From NCBI RefSeq assembly GCF_049243625.1, contig NZ_CP046975.1: a stretch of DNA of 32,000 bases; one strand, 5' to 3'. Below are positions 18,991 to 27,312 of this stretch, one piece after another (the first letter of the stretch is position 1; every line of letters starts with the position of its first letter). The notes under the pieces were generated by a model that was given only the letters and a program-made list of their open reading frames with translations, had not been told where the DNA came from and did not search any database. The position numbers were made by a program, and so were the translations under genes. The DNA is from Corynebacterium amycolatum (GTDB lineage: Bacteria > Actinomycetota > Actinomycetes > Mycobacteriales > Mycobacteriaceae).

Positions 18991-20568
18991 CTAGCTCCTT
19001 TCCGCTGGGACTAGTGTCTCAGCTGCCGCGACAGCTCGCAGCACAGCCGCGGCCTTGTTGCGGGTCTCTTCATCCTCTGCCACCGGGTCAGAATCACTGA
19101 CAATTCCGCCACCGGCCTGGACGTAGACGGTATCGCCCTTCTTCACGCCTGTGCGGATGGCAATTGCCTGATCGGTATTTCCCCGGAAGTCAAAGTATCC
19201 AACGGTGCCGCCGTAAACACCCCGGCGCGTGTCCTCGAACTTGTCGATAATGCTCAGCGCGGAAGGCTTCGGCGCACCTGAGAGCGTTCCCGCTGGGAAA
19301 GTGGCCGCGAATGCGTCGACAGCCGTGGCGTCGCTGGAAAGCTCGCCGGTGACCGTAGAGACCAGATGCATAACGTGACTGTAGCGCTCAATATGACGGA
19401 AGTCGTGCACAACAACACTGCCCGGGCGGCAGACACGTCCGAGGTCATTGCGGCCAAGGTCGACGAGCATCAAATGCTCACTATTTTCTTTCTCGTCTGC
19501 CAGCAAATCAGCTTCCAGCGCATTGTCCTGCTCCACCGTAGCACCACGCGGACGCGTGCCCGCGATGGGGTTGGTGATGACCTCACTGCCCTGGACTGCC
19601 ACGAGCGACTCTGGGGAGGAACCGACAATTTGGAAAGCAGTACCGGAGAAGTCCTTGGTTGGAACGTTGACCAGGAACATGTAGGGCGACGGATTGGAAA
19701 CCCGCAGGATGCGGTAGATATCAAAGGCGGAGGCCTGCGTGTCCATCTCGAACCGCTGCGAGAGCACAATCTGGAACGCATCACCGGCGCGGATGTGGTC
19801 CTTGCAACGCTCAATACGATCCATGTGGTCCTCGGCGGCGCGCTGGCGACGAATCACCGGCTCTGGGAAGCTAACTTCCGCCGGACGCAGATCAGAGGGC
19901 TCCGAAAGCCGCTCCACCATCGCATTGACACGATCACAGGCGGTGTCATACGCCTGATCAATCCGCTCATCCGAGCCGTCCCAGTTGACGGCATTGGAAA
20001 TCAGCCACAGCACACCCTCGTGGTGGTCAAAAGCAGCCAAATCTTCCACCAGCAGCTGCATGAGCTCCGGAATCTGCAAATCATTGTCAGTGGTATCCGG
20101 CAGCTGCGGCTCAATGTAGCGGACAATGTCATGCCCGAAGTAGCCGACGAGACCAGAGGTGAGCTTGGGTACCGAAGCATCGTCGGCAAGCGGGAGTTCC
20201 GTGTGCAGCAGCTCCAGCGTGCGACGCAGCGCATCCAGCGGATTTCCGCCCTCTGGCGCGCCCGACGGCGCGTTGCCAATCCAAGTTGCCTCCCCCGCAT
20301 CATCCACCGTCAGCGCGGCGCGACTGCCGCAACCGATAAACGACCAGCGCGACCACGACTGCCCCACATCGGAGGACTCCAGCAAGAAGGTGCCGGGACG
20401 ATCGGCTGCGAGCTTGCGGTAGGCCGACAGCGCCGTTTCGCCGTCCGCCAAAACCTTGCGAACCACGGGTACGACCCGATGATGTGCAGCCAGTTCGCGG
20501 AAACGCTCACGCGTGGTCATGGTGATACGAGTCATAGCCGCTATTGTGCCACGCACCCCGGATTGCAC
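18991..20568 (-). CDS. trpE: Anthranilate synthase component I
   Basis: Chorismate-binding motifs FPAGTLSGAPK and GVYGGTVGYFDF. The start is ambiguous among the GTG at 20568, the ATG at 20535 (MTRITMTTRERF) and the ATG at 20520. Confidence 0.93.
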   Translation of the reverse strand: MQSGVRGTIAAMTRITMTTRERFRELAAHHRVVPVVRKVLADGETALSAYRKLAADRPGTFLLESSDVGQSWSRWSFIGCGSRAALTVDDAGEATWIGNAPSGAPEGGNPLDALRRTLELLHTELPLADDASVPKLTSGLVGYFGHDIVRYIEPQLPDTTDNDLQIPELMQLLVEDLAAFDHHEGVLWLISNAVNWDGSDERIDQAYDTACDRVNAMVERLSEPSDLRPAEVSFPEPVIRRQRAAEDHMDRIERCKDHIRAGDAFQIVLSQRFEMDTQASAFDIYRILRVSNPSPYMFLVNVPTKDFSGTAFQIVGSSPESLVAVQGSEVITNPIAGTRPRGATVEQDNALEADLLADEKENSEHLMLVDLGRNDLGRVCRPGSVVVHDFRHIERYSHVMHLVSTVTGELSSDATAVDAFAATFPAGTLSGAPKPSALSIIDKFEDTRRGVYGGTVGYFDFRGNTDQAIAIRTGVKKGDTVYVQAGGGIVSDSDPVAEDEETRNKAAAVLRAVAAAETLVPAERS

Positions 20569-20645
20569 ATCACTTAACCCCGGACTTCACCGGAGTTGGG
20601 CGCGCTTGACGACGAAACCCCACCTCGGCAGCCAAGGTTGACCGC

Positions 20646-21044
20646 CTAGTCCTCGAACACGGGATGCACGTCAAAGCAGCTGTGCGAGCCAGTGTGACAT
20701 GCGGCGCCGTCCTGCACTACCTGCATCAGCACGGTATCGCCATCACAGTCCAACGCCAGCGATGTCACCGTCTGGAAGTGGCCGCTAGTCAGTCCCTTGA
20801 TCCAGTACTCCGACCGCGAACGCGACCAGTAGGTGCCGCGCTTGGTGGCGATGGTGTACGCCAGGGCGTGGGAATCCATCCACGCCATCATGAGTACACG
20901 GCCTGTAGACTCTTCCTGCACAATAGCGGGAATCAAGCCGTCAGCATTGAACTTGGCGATGTTCGCGATATCTGCTGGGAGCGTGTACTCCCGCGGATCA
21001 TCTCCTGCACCGTGAGCTGCAGCTCCTGGGGCTAGGTCCGTCAC
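20646..21044 (-). CDS. hisI: Phosphoribosyl-AMP cyclohydrolase
   Basis: 132 aa with [20 protein letters not shown] and [10 protein letters not shown]. The GTG start overlaps the hisF TGA (GTGA). Confidence 0.93.
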   Translation of the reverse strand: MTDLAPGAAAHGAGDDPREYTLPADIANIAKFNADGLIPAIVQEESTGRVLMMAWMDSHALAYTIATKRGTYWSRSRSEYWIKGLTSGHFQTVTSLALDCDGDTVLMQVVQDGAACHTGSHSCFDVHPVFED

Positions 21045-21817
21045 TGACGTACCTCGATTCCTTCACGGGCCATCTCTTCCTTGACCTCAACAATGCTAAC
21101 CTCGCCGAAGTGGAAAATGGAAGCAGCCAAAACCGCGTTGGCACCGGCGCGCACGGCTGGCGGGAAATGCTCCGCCTTACCCGCACCACCAGAGGCAATC
21201 ACCGGAACGTCGACGGCAGCGCGGACCTTCTCCAGCAACTCCAGGTCGAAACCATCCTTGGTGCCGTCGCCATCCATGGAGTTCAGCAAAATCTCGCCGA
21301 CGCCAAGCTCCTCGCCGCGGCGCGCCCACTCGACGGCGTCGATCCCGGCCGAGCGTGAACCACCATGCGTAGTGACCTCGAAGCCCGACGGTTGAGGCGT
21401 GCCTCCCTCGGGAACACGGCGGGCATCCACCGACAGGACGACGCACTGTGCGCCGAAACGACGCGACAGCTCGCTGAGCAGTTCCGGACGTGCAATCGCA
21501 GCGGTGTTGACACTGACTTTGTCGGCTCCGGCGCGAAGCAGCTGATCGACATCCTCGACGCTGCGCACGCCGCCGCCGACCGTCAGCGGAATGAAGACCT
21601 CACTCGCGGTGCGGCGCACCACGTCGAGCATGGTGCCACGGCCATCCTTGGAAGCCGTGACGTCCAGGAATGTCAACTCATCAGCGCCCTCCTCGCCATA
21701 GCGGCGGGCCAGCTCGACCGGATCGCCGGCATCGCGGAGATTCTCAAAGTTAACCCCCTTGACGACCCGCCCATTGTTGACATCCAGGCAAGGAATCACG
21801 CGTACTGCCAGAGACAT
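21041..21817 (-). CDS. hisF: Imidazole glycerol phosphate synthase cyclase subunit
   Basis: 258 aa with [19 protein letters not shown] and ASGGAG. Confidence 0.96.
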   Translation of the reverse strand: MSLAVRVIPCLDVNNGRVVKGVNFENLRDAGDPVELARRYGEEGADELTFLDVTASKDGRGTMLDVVRRTASEVFIPLTVGGGVRSVEDVDQLLRAGADKVSVNTAAIARPELLSELSRRFGAQCVVLSVDARRVPEGGTPQPSGFEVTTHGGSRSAGIDAVEWARRGEELGVGEILLNSMDGDGTKDGFDLELLEKVRAAVDVPVIASGGAGKAEHFPPAVRAGANAVLAASIFHFGEVSIVEVKEEMAREGIEVRQ

Positions 21818-21900
21818 AGTTTTTAAGTTCTCCTCGTGTTAGCTCAAAGTTGTGGCTCGACGGTTTGCGCAACCACCCAGCTCGGGGCGTCGCCCAAGTT

Positions 21901-22731
21901 TTAGCTCCGGAAAGTCTCCGGACGACCCAGTTGGTCAATAATCGACCGCAGCGTGGCATGGACATCTCGAGTTCCCGCTAGCACGCCTACGGAATCATGC
22001 CGCCAGGGATTGCCTGCCAAGTCTGTGACCACGCCACCAGCTTCGGAAATCTGCAGTACGCCGGCTGCGTTATCCCATACATGCGGTGAGAAAGTCACCG
22101 TGCCGCCGAATGCCCCCATCGCGGTGGAGCCCAAGTCCACTCCGACAGAGCCAGTAATTCGGATCGTCGGATAGCGCTCGCCCACCTTTGACAGCAACAG
22201 TTGGCGCCACTTACGTGGGAGTGTGCCGTCGGTACTCGCAATGACGGAGCCGAAGGCAATCGAAACCGGGCGACCGGCCTCGGCATCGATGTTGACGCGA
22301 CGGCCGTTGACAAATGTGCCGCTACCTTTAGCTGAGGTGATACGACGGCGCAGCAGAGGCATGGAGGTAATGCCGACCACCGGCTCCCCCTCATGCATGA
22401 GTGTGAGCAGCATGGCACACAGCGGAAAGCCGTTGGAATAGTTCGTGGTGCCGTCAATCGGATCGATGACCCAGGCGGTATGTTCCTCGGGGACTTTGCC
22501 ACCGAATTCCTCGCCGTAGACGGGCAGGCCAGAATACTGCGTGAGGAGCTGGCGCAGACGACGCTCAATTTCCAGGTCGGTCTCCGTCGCGAAATCCCCG
22601 CGCGGCTTCATGACAACCGGGTCCGCGCCCACCTGCTGCGTGAACAGGCCTTCAACCTCATCGAGCGCCGCTTCAGCAATAGCGAGCATCGCCCGCGGTT
22701 CCAGGGCATCCATACTTTCTAAGTCCTTCAT
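21901..22731 (-). CDS. impA: Inositol monophosphatase family protein
   Basis: 276 aa with the IMPase motifs WVIDPIDGTTNY and GSVGVDL. It occupies the same position as impA in actinobacterial his clusters. Confidence 0.85.
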   Translation of the reverse strand: MKDLESMDALEPRAMLAIAEAALDEVEGLFTQQVGADPVVMKPRGDFATETDLEIERRLRQLLTQYSGLPVYGEEFGGKVPEEHTAWVIDPIDGTTNYSNGFPLCAMLLTLMHEGEPVVGITSMPLLRRRITSAKGSGTFVNGRRVNIDAEAGRPVSIAFGSVIASTDGTLPRKWRQLLLSKVGERYPTIRITGSVGVDLGSTAMGAFGGTVTFSPHVWDNAAGVLQISEAGGVVTDLAGNPWRHDSVGVLAGTRDVHATLRSIIDQLGRPETFRS

Positions 22732-22815
22732 CCGCCGTCTCAGCCGGGGTGCCGTTTGCTCGTTAACGCTTTCGCTTGACGACGTCTCCCCGGCCCGGCC
22801 ACGAAAGTGTTCTCT

Positions 22816-23550
22816 TTAGCCGCGAGCTACTGCCAGGGCCTCTTCCAGAGTGAAACGCCCTGCGTAGAGCGCCTTACCCACAATTGCGGAGTCAACACCC
22901 TCATCGACCAGCGTGGCAATAGCTGCAATGTCGTCCAGGCTGCTGACACCGCCGGAAGCGACGATTGGAGCATCGGTAGCAGCAGCGACCTCGCGCAGCA
23001 GTTCCACATTCGGCCCCTGCAGGGTGCCGTCCTTGGAGACGTCAGTCACCACGAAACGGGATGCACCCTGAGCATCCAGGCGCTCCAGCACCTCCCAGAG
23101 GTCACCACCGTCGGAGACCCAGCCGCGGCCGCGCAGGCGCCACTGACCCTCTTCGTTGAGGACGTCCAGACCAATGGCCACACGGTCGCCGTAGTTGGCG
23201 ATAACCTCGCGGCACCACTCCGGGTTCTCCAGTGCGGCGGTGCCAATATTGACGCGGGCGCAGCCAGTTGCCAGCGCAGCTTCGAGCGAAGCGTTGTCAC
23301 GGATACCGCCGGAGAGCTCCACCTTCACGTCGAGCTTGCCCACAACGTCGGCAAGCAGGTCGTAGTTCGAACCGCGACCGAACGCGGCGTCGAGGTCGAC
23401 CAAGTGGATCCACTCAGCGCCTGCGTTCTGCCAATTCATGGCAGCTTCCAGCGGTGCACCGTAGGAAGTCTCGGTTCCAGCAGCACCCTGAACAAGGCGC
23501 ACAGCCTGGCCATCGGCTACGTCTACAGCGGGCAGCAGGGTCAAACTCAT
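22816..23550 (-). CDS. priA: HisA/PriA (ProFAR isomerase, likely the dual-substrate HisA/TrpF type)
   Basis: 244 aa with [34 protein letters not shown] and [11 protein letters not shown]. It closely resembles the mycobacterial PriA as I recall it. Confidence 0.9.
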   Translation of the reverse strand: MSLTLLPAVDVADGQAVRLVQGAAGTETSYGAPLEAAMNWQNAGAEWIHLVDLDAAFGRGSNYDLLADVVGKLDVKVELSGGIRDNASLEAALATGCARVNIGTAALENPEWCREVIANYGDRVAIGLDVLNEEGQWRLRGRGWVSDGGDLWEVLERLDAQGASRFVVTDVSKDGTLQGPNVELLREVAAATDAPIVASGGVSSLDDIAAIATLVDEGVDSAIVGKALYAGRFTLEEALAVARG

Positions 23551-23577
23551 GGGGGCTCTACTCTCTTCGACTTTTGG

Positions 23578-23604
23578 GCGTTGTGGCCATAGTCGCCACG
23601 ACGC
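23578..23604. other. 10-bp stem-loop inside the 148-nt hisH-hisA spacer
   Basis: GCGTTGTGGC-CATAGTC-GCCACGACGC. On the plus strand the pairing is 10/10 with one G-U pair and is followed by TTGTTGCTAGTTAT. On the operon (minus) strand it is 9/10 with no U-tract. Confidence 0.4.
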
Positions 23605-23698
23605 TTGTTGCTAGTTATCTCAGTATAGGTGGTCTAAGTGGCGAAATTCCGTCACCTGCCAGGTAGTGCGGTTAGGGAAGATACTACCGATTGGGCAA

Positions 23699-24397
23699 CT
23701 ACAGCGTGTCCACCCAATTCTGCAGCAGCTTCAACCCTGCTTCGCCAGACTTCTCAGGGTGGAACTGTGTAGCCCACAGCGGACCGTTTTCTACGGCTGC
23801 GATAAACCGATCGGATTCGTGGGCAGACCACGTCACCAGCGGCGGAGCGATGCGAGAATCCGTATCAAGGTCCCACGTGCGCACACCGTAGGAGTGGACG
23901 AAGTAAAAACGCTGATCTTCCAGCCCCTTAAACATCTTTGAGCCTTCCGGCACCTCAACCGTGTTCCAGCCCATGTGCGGCAGAATCGACGCCTCGAGGC
24001 GCTCGACAGTACCGGGCCATTCACCACAACCCGGGGTGCCGGTGACAGCTGCGGATGCGTCGGTCTCCGCTGCATGGATGCCGTCGGCGTACTCGACGCC
24101 GCGGTCAAAGAGCACCTGCATACCAACGCAGATTCCCATCACCGGCCGACCACCTGCGAGTCGAGAGCCAATCAGGCGCGGCCCTTGCACTCGATGCAAA
24201 CCCTCCATGCATGCGGCATAGGCACCGACGCCGGGAACGAGGAGACCATCGGCCTCCATCACGGTCTTCGGATCGGCGGTCACAATAACCTCGGCACCCG
24301 TGGTGGCCACAGCGCGCTCAGCTGAACGCAAATTACCGGAGCCGTAATCAAGGATGGCAACAGTTGGGGTCTTCGTCGAAGGTGAGACTTGTTCCAT
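23699..24397 (-). CDS. hisH: Imidazole glycerol phosphate synthase glutamine amidotransferase subunit
   Basis: [17 protein letters not shown], the catalytic Cys in [10 protein letters not shown], and FHPEKSG. The open frame runs to 24517, but the extra 40 aa are not HisH-like and lie in AT-rich DNA, so the ATG at 24395-24397 was chosen. Confidence 0.92.
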   Translation of the reverse strand: MEQVSPSTKTPTVAILDYGSGNLRSAERAVATTGAEVIVTADPKTVMEADGLLVPGVGAYAACMEGLHRVQGPRLIGSRLAGGRPVMGICVGMQVLFDRGVEYADGIHAAETDASAAVTGTPGCGEWPGTVERLEASILPHMGWNTVEVPEGSKMFKGLEDQRFYFVHSYGVRTWDLDTDSRIAPPLVTWSAHESDRFIAAVENGPLWATQFHPEKSGEAGLKLLQNWVDTL

Positions 24398-24405
24398 AGT
24401 TGGAC

Positions 24406-24411
24406 ATTTTA
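24406..24411 (-). promoter_or_regulatory. Candidate -10 (TAAAAT) 8 nt upstream of the hisH ATG; possible leaderless transcript
   Basis: The complement of ATTTTA at 24406-24411 is TAAAAT. No SD sequence precedes the ATG. Confidence 0.35.
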
Positions 24412-24585
24412 AGGCGCTGGGAATCGATGTTTCCCATTTACCCCAAGAAAACTGCCTGGACAGGCAAAAGCGCTGGTATACGCCCACCGAATACTTTGGT
24501 AAACTCAAGATTAACAACAGGTTAACTAAGTTATTGATTTATCCCTAATACTCCTGATTATTTTTCACAGAGAGACTCAGACGCT

Positions 24586-25209
24586 ATGACTACCGCATCC
24601 GTTCTTAGTAAATCATTTGCCATTGTCCGCGAGGACCTTCACCGGCTCTACGATGCAGCCTGCGATGCTGCGACTATCGATTCCATCCTCGACGATGTCA
24701 TTGCAGAGCTGTCCAGCTCTGCGAAGGTGACTAACTTCCTCCCCGTCCTCGCCGAACGCGAGGCCACCGAGCGCATCAAGGCCGCGAGCGGATGCAAGGA
24801 CTTCGCCCCGCGCCAGGAAATTCTCTTTGCCGACAGCCGCGGCTCCGGCCGCAGCCAGATTGCCACTGCTCTGGCTTACCACCTGGCCGGTGACGAAGTC
24901 TTTATCCGCACCATCGGCCTGACTCCAGAGGATGGCCTGAATCCGCGCGTCGTCGAAGCTCTTCATGATCGCGGGGTGGACACCTCGCGCCTCACTCAAA
25001 AGACGATTACTCCCCGTGTTTCCCACCGCGCCGATGTCGTAGTGCTCATGGGCATCGAGGAGACGCCGGCAGTCCCAGGCGACCGCTACGTGGAATGGGA
25101 TGTCGCGGATCCGGACAATCTCGCAGACGACGAGCTCCAGTCGCTTATCGACGATATCGAAACCCGCCTGCGGTCTCTCTTCACCGAGATGGACGTCGCC
25201 GTCGCGTAA
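24586..25209 (+). CDS. LMW-PTP/ArsC-fold protein with an N-terminal helical domain; P-loop cysteine replaced by Asp
   Basis: 207 aa. Residues ~1-80 look helical (VREDLHRLYDAACDAATIDSILDDVIAELSS...FLPVLAEREATERI). The C-terminal part aligns to the LMW phosphatase/arsenate reductase fold. ILFADSRGSGRSQIA sits where the canonical (V/I)LFVCxGNxCRSxMA P-loop occurs, and a WDVADP general-acid-like motif is present. Confidence 0.7.
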   Translation: MTTASVLSKSFAIVREDLHRLYDAACDAATIDSILDDVIAELSSSAKVTNFLPVLAEREATERIKAASGCKDFAPRQEILFADSRGSGRSQIATALAYHLAGDEVFIRTIGLTPEDGLNPRVVEALHDRGVDTSRLTQKTITPRVSHRADVVVLMGIEETPAVPGDRYVEWDVADPDNLADDELQSLIDDIETRLRSLFTEMDVAVA

Positions 25210-25252
25210 ACAGGCACGGCTGATCACACACCGGGGGTTGCATTTATTAACC

Positions 25253-25296
25253 AAAAAAGAGTGGCTGCGCTAGGACTAGCGCAGCCACTCTTTTTC
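25253..25296. terminator. Bidirectional rho-independent terminator between the convergent LMW-PTP-like and MFS genes
   Basis: Perfect 15-bp stem AGAGTGGCTGCGCTA / TAGCGCAGCCACTCT with loop GGAC, flanked by AAAAAA and TTTTT. Confidence 0.9.
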
Positions 25297-25316
25297 TAAC
25301 GTCTCTTTTTATGTAG

Positions 25317-26738
25317 TTACTTCTTCTTGCGGTCCCGAACCGTCAAGCGCGTCACTGCGTTCTTTGCCGGGCGGGCAACACGCACGGCTGCCTCCGGCGT
25401 ATGACGCTTCACGGCATCTCCCAGACGACGCAGCGTAGCGCGGGTGTTCTGGTACTCCGCCACGCGGTGCTTTCCGATGATTCGGTCGAGCACCGCACCA
25501 ATGAGGCCAACTGCCAGCAGAGCTGCTGCAAAGGCAAAGACAGCCGGGTACGGACGGAGCGCAGCCGCAGCTACGGCTCCCAGAACGAACGAGCCGATAC
25601 CTGTGCCCGAGTCAAAGGACATGTTCCAGAAGGCACTGGCCTCAGCAGTACGGTCACGCGGCAGGCGGGCAAACATCAGCAGCAGAGCCTCATTTTGCAC
25701 AATGCCGAAGCCCGCGCCGTAGAAAATGGCAGCGACCAACAGCAGCCAGGCCGACAGATCAAAGAGAACCACGCCGGACATCATCAGCAGGCCAATAAAA
25801 CCACTGATCAATGCCGGAATCAGCAGAATTCCAGCCTCAGACTTACGGTCGGCGTAGATTCCTGCGAAGTAACGGAACACCATCTGCGCGCCACCGAGAA
25901 CCGATAGAGCCAGACCAGCGACAATTGCACCAGAAACAGCATCAACCTCACGAGCTGCCGGTGCAAGGAAAGCGGAAATACCACCGAAGCCCATAGCAAT
26001 CGTGCAGATTGCAAGCGCGGGAATGGCCACCAGCTTCCAAGTGGCAACGTGCTCAACTGGGCTCGGCTGCGTTGCTGCAGAGCCAGGAACGGGGTCACCG
26101 ACATCCTCGTTGCCGCCCTTGCCCTCCTTCGGCGCTGGCTTAATCTTCGGAATGAATAGGGCCATCACCGAGCCAACGAGCGAAATGACGGCACCCAGAA
26201 TATAAACCGGAGTGTAGGAGCCAGTCTTATCCGCAATGATGAGACCAAGTGGCAGGAAAATAAGCTCGGACAGACCAACGGCCACACCAAGTACACCAGA
26301 GGCCTTACCCAGGAATTTCAGGGGCACAAGCTCTGCGATCAATGCGGACTCGGCGACAGTCAACGCGCCGAAGCCCATACCACGCAAAACCGCAATCATG
26401 AGAACCAATGCAGCGTCAGTGCCGAAGATGTGCAGAATCGTCGGCAAGCCCAAGAACAGACCTGAAATCAGCATGGTCATGCCGTAGCCAAGACGGCGAC
26501 ACACTCGTGGCGTCTGAGTCTGCGTCAGAACTGTGGCAGCCATGAAGACACCGGTGTAGGCACCGGCGAGCGAGGTTCCACCGCCATCGTCAAGAATTGC
26601 CTGCGGAATAACAGGCATGAGGAGAGACCAGCCACCGAAGGCGGCCATCACGGCGACTAGCGTAGGTACTAGTCCGGGCGCTTTCCACATGCTGTCCAGT
26701 TCGTCTAACTGCCTGCGGTCCATCACCCGGGACGCCAT
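25317..26738 (-). CDS. MFS transporter
   Basis: 473-aa ORF with about 12 hydrophobic segments, a central hydrophilic loop (KPAPKEGKGGNEDVGDP...) and a basic C-terminal tail. The substrate is unknown. Confidence 0.85.
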   Translation of the reverse strand: MASRVMDRRQLDELDSMWKAPGLVPTLVAVMAAFGGWSLLMPVIPQAILDDGGGTSLAGAYTGVFMAATVLTQTQTPRVCRRLGYGMTMLISGLFLGLPTILHIFGTDAALVLMIAVLRGMGFGALTVAESALIAELVPLKFLGKASGVLGVAVGLSELIFLPLGLIIADKTGSYTPVYILGAVISLVGSVMALFIPKIKPAPKEGKGGNEDVGDPVPGSAATQPSPVEHVATWKLVAIPALAICTIAMGFGGISAFLAPAAREVDAVSGAIVAGLALSVLGGAQMVFRYFAGIYADRKSEAGILLIPALISGFIGLLMMSGVVLFDLSAWLLLVAAIFYGAGFGIVQNEALLLMFARLPRDRTAEASAFWNMSFDSGTGIGSFVLGAVAAAALRPYPAVFAFAAALLAVGLIGAVLDRIIGKHRVAEYQNTRATLRRLGDAVKRHTPEAAVRVARPAKNAVTRLTVRDRKKK

Positions 26739-26951
26739 TTACTCCATCACTCCTAACAACCACAAAATCGCGCCGGCGAGAGCGATCACAGATAAAAGCC
26801 CGAGAACAATCGTTCCAACCCTTGATCCGGACTTATAGAGTGACCATGTTCCGCCCACCAGCAGACCAGCGACAATGAACAAAAAATAAGTGCTTAGCGT
26901 CGATGCGGTAGACACCTGCGCTAGAAGCACGTCTACAGACGTTGTTACCAT
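26739..26951 (-). CDS. Small two-TM membrane protein translationally coupled to the MFS gene
   Basis: Open frame from a TTG at 26963. The ATG at 26949-26951 is preceded by GGAGGG 4 nt upstream (70 aa: MVTTSVDVLLAQV...). Its TAA is immediately followed by the MFS ATG (TAAATG). Confidence 0.6.
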   Translation of the reverse strand: MVTTSVDVLLAQVSTASTLSTYFLFIVAGLLVGGTWSLYKSGSRVGTIVLGLLSVIALAGAILWLLGVME

Positions 26952-27116
26952 TAGTCCCTCCAAAACTCCAGCTAAGGAAAAGAATTGGCCTGCCCTTAAT
27001 AACTACCACGGCTGCCATTATGAGCTCGTTGTCGGTGCTATTTCGACTCGCAATGAACACGCATTAAACCGCCCCACTATTGCCCGTTACCTTGAAGTCA
27101 TCCCCGATAATGGGAA

Positions 27117-27280
27117 CAGTCGCTGGGCCGGGTACGGCTTAATCGCCCTGTAGTTTCAATAAACCGGGATACCGCCCGGCACCAGAACATTCGATGACAG
27201 CTAATAGGGACGCGGCCGGAATCTCCAGGCTTCAATGTAGACGTGGGTGTGCGCCACGAATGTCATGACACCAGCGACTG
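27117..27280 (+). ncRNA. Candidate structured non-coding RNA upstream of the IS110 transposase (possible bridge-RNA remnant)
   Basis: CAGTCGCTGG (27117-27126) is the exact complement of CCAGCGACTG (27271-27280), enclosing about 144 nt. That interval contains local hairpins CCGGG-ATACCG-CCCGG (27164-27179) and CGTGG-GTGTGCG-CCACG (27242-27258), plus the palindrome TGTCATGACA (27261-27270). The position upstream of the transposase fits the published IS110 bridge-RNA location. Confidence 0.25.
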
Positions 27281-27312
27281 GCAAATCCACCACGTTTTCC
27301 TAGGAGCCATCC

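Noticed and set aside
19366-20577. 403-aa ORF on the plus strand
   Set aside because: It is antisense to trpE and is a shadow ORF.
20569-20645. Search for a Trp leader peptide or attenuator upstream of trpE
   Set aside because: The only mini-ORF there (MCNPGCVAQ) has no Trp codons, and no terminator/antiterminator pair is evident.
22807-23592. 261-aa ORF on the plus strand
   Set aside because: It is antisense to hisA/priA and is a shadow ORF.
24398-24517. 40-codon N-terminal extension of hisH, considered as a possible leader peptide
   Set aside because: It lies in AT-rich promoter-like DNA, is not HisH-like, and contains no His codon run. It starts at a TTG without an SD.
24613-25254. 213-aa ORF on the minus strand
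   Set aside because: It is antisense to the LMW-PTP-like gene. The plus-strand frame has a recognisable fold signature and is bracketed by a promoter region and a strong terminator.
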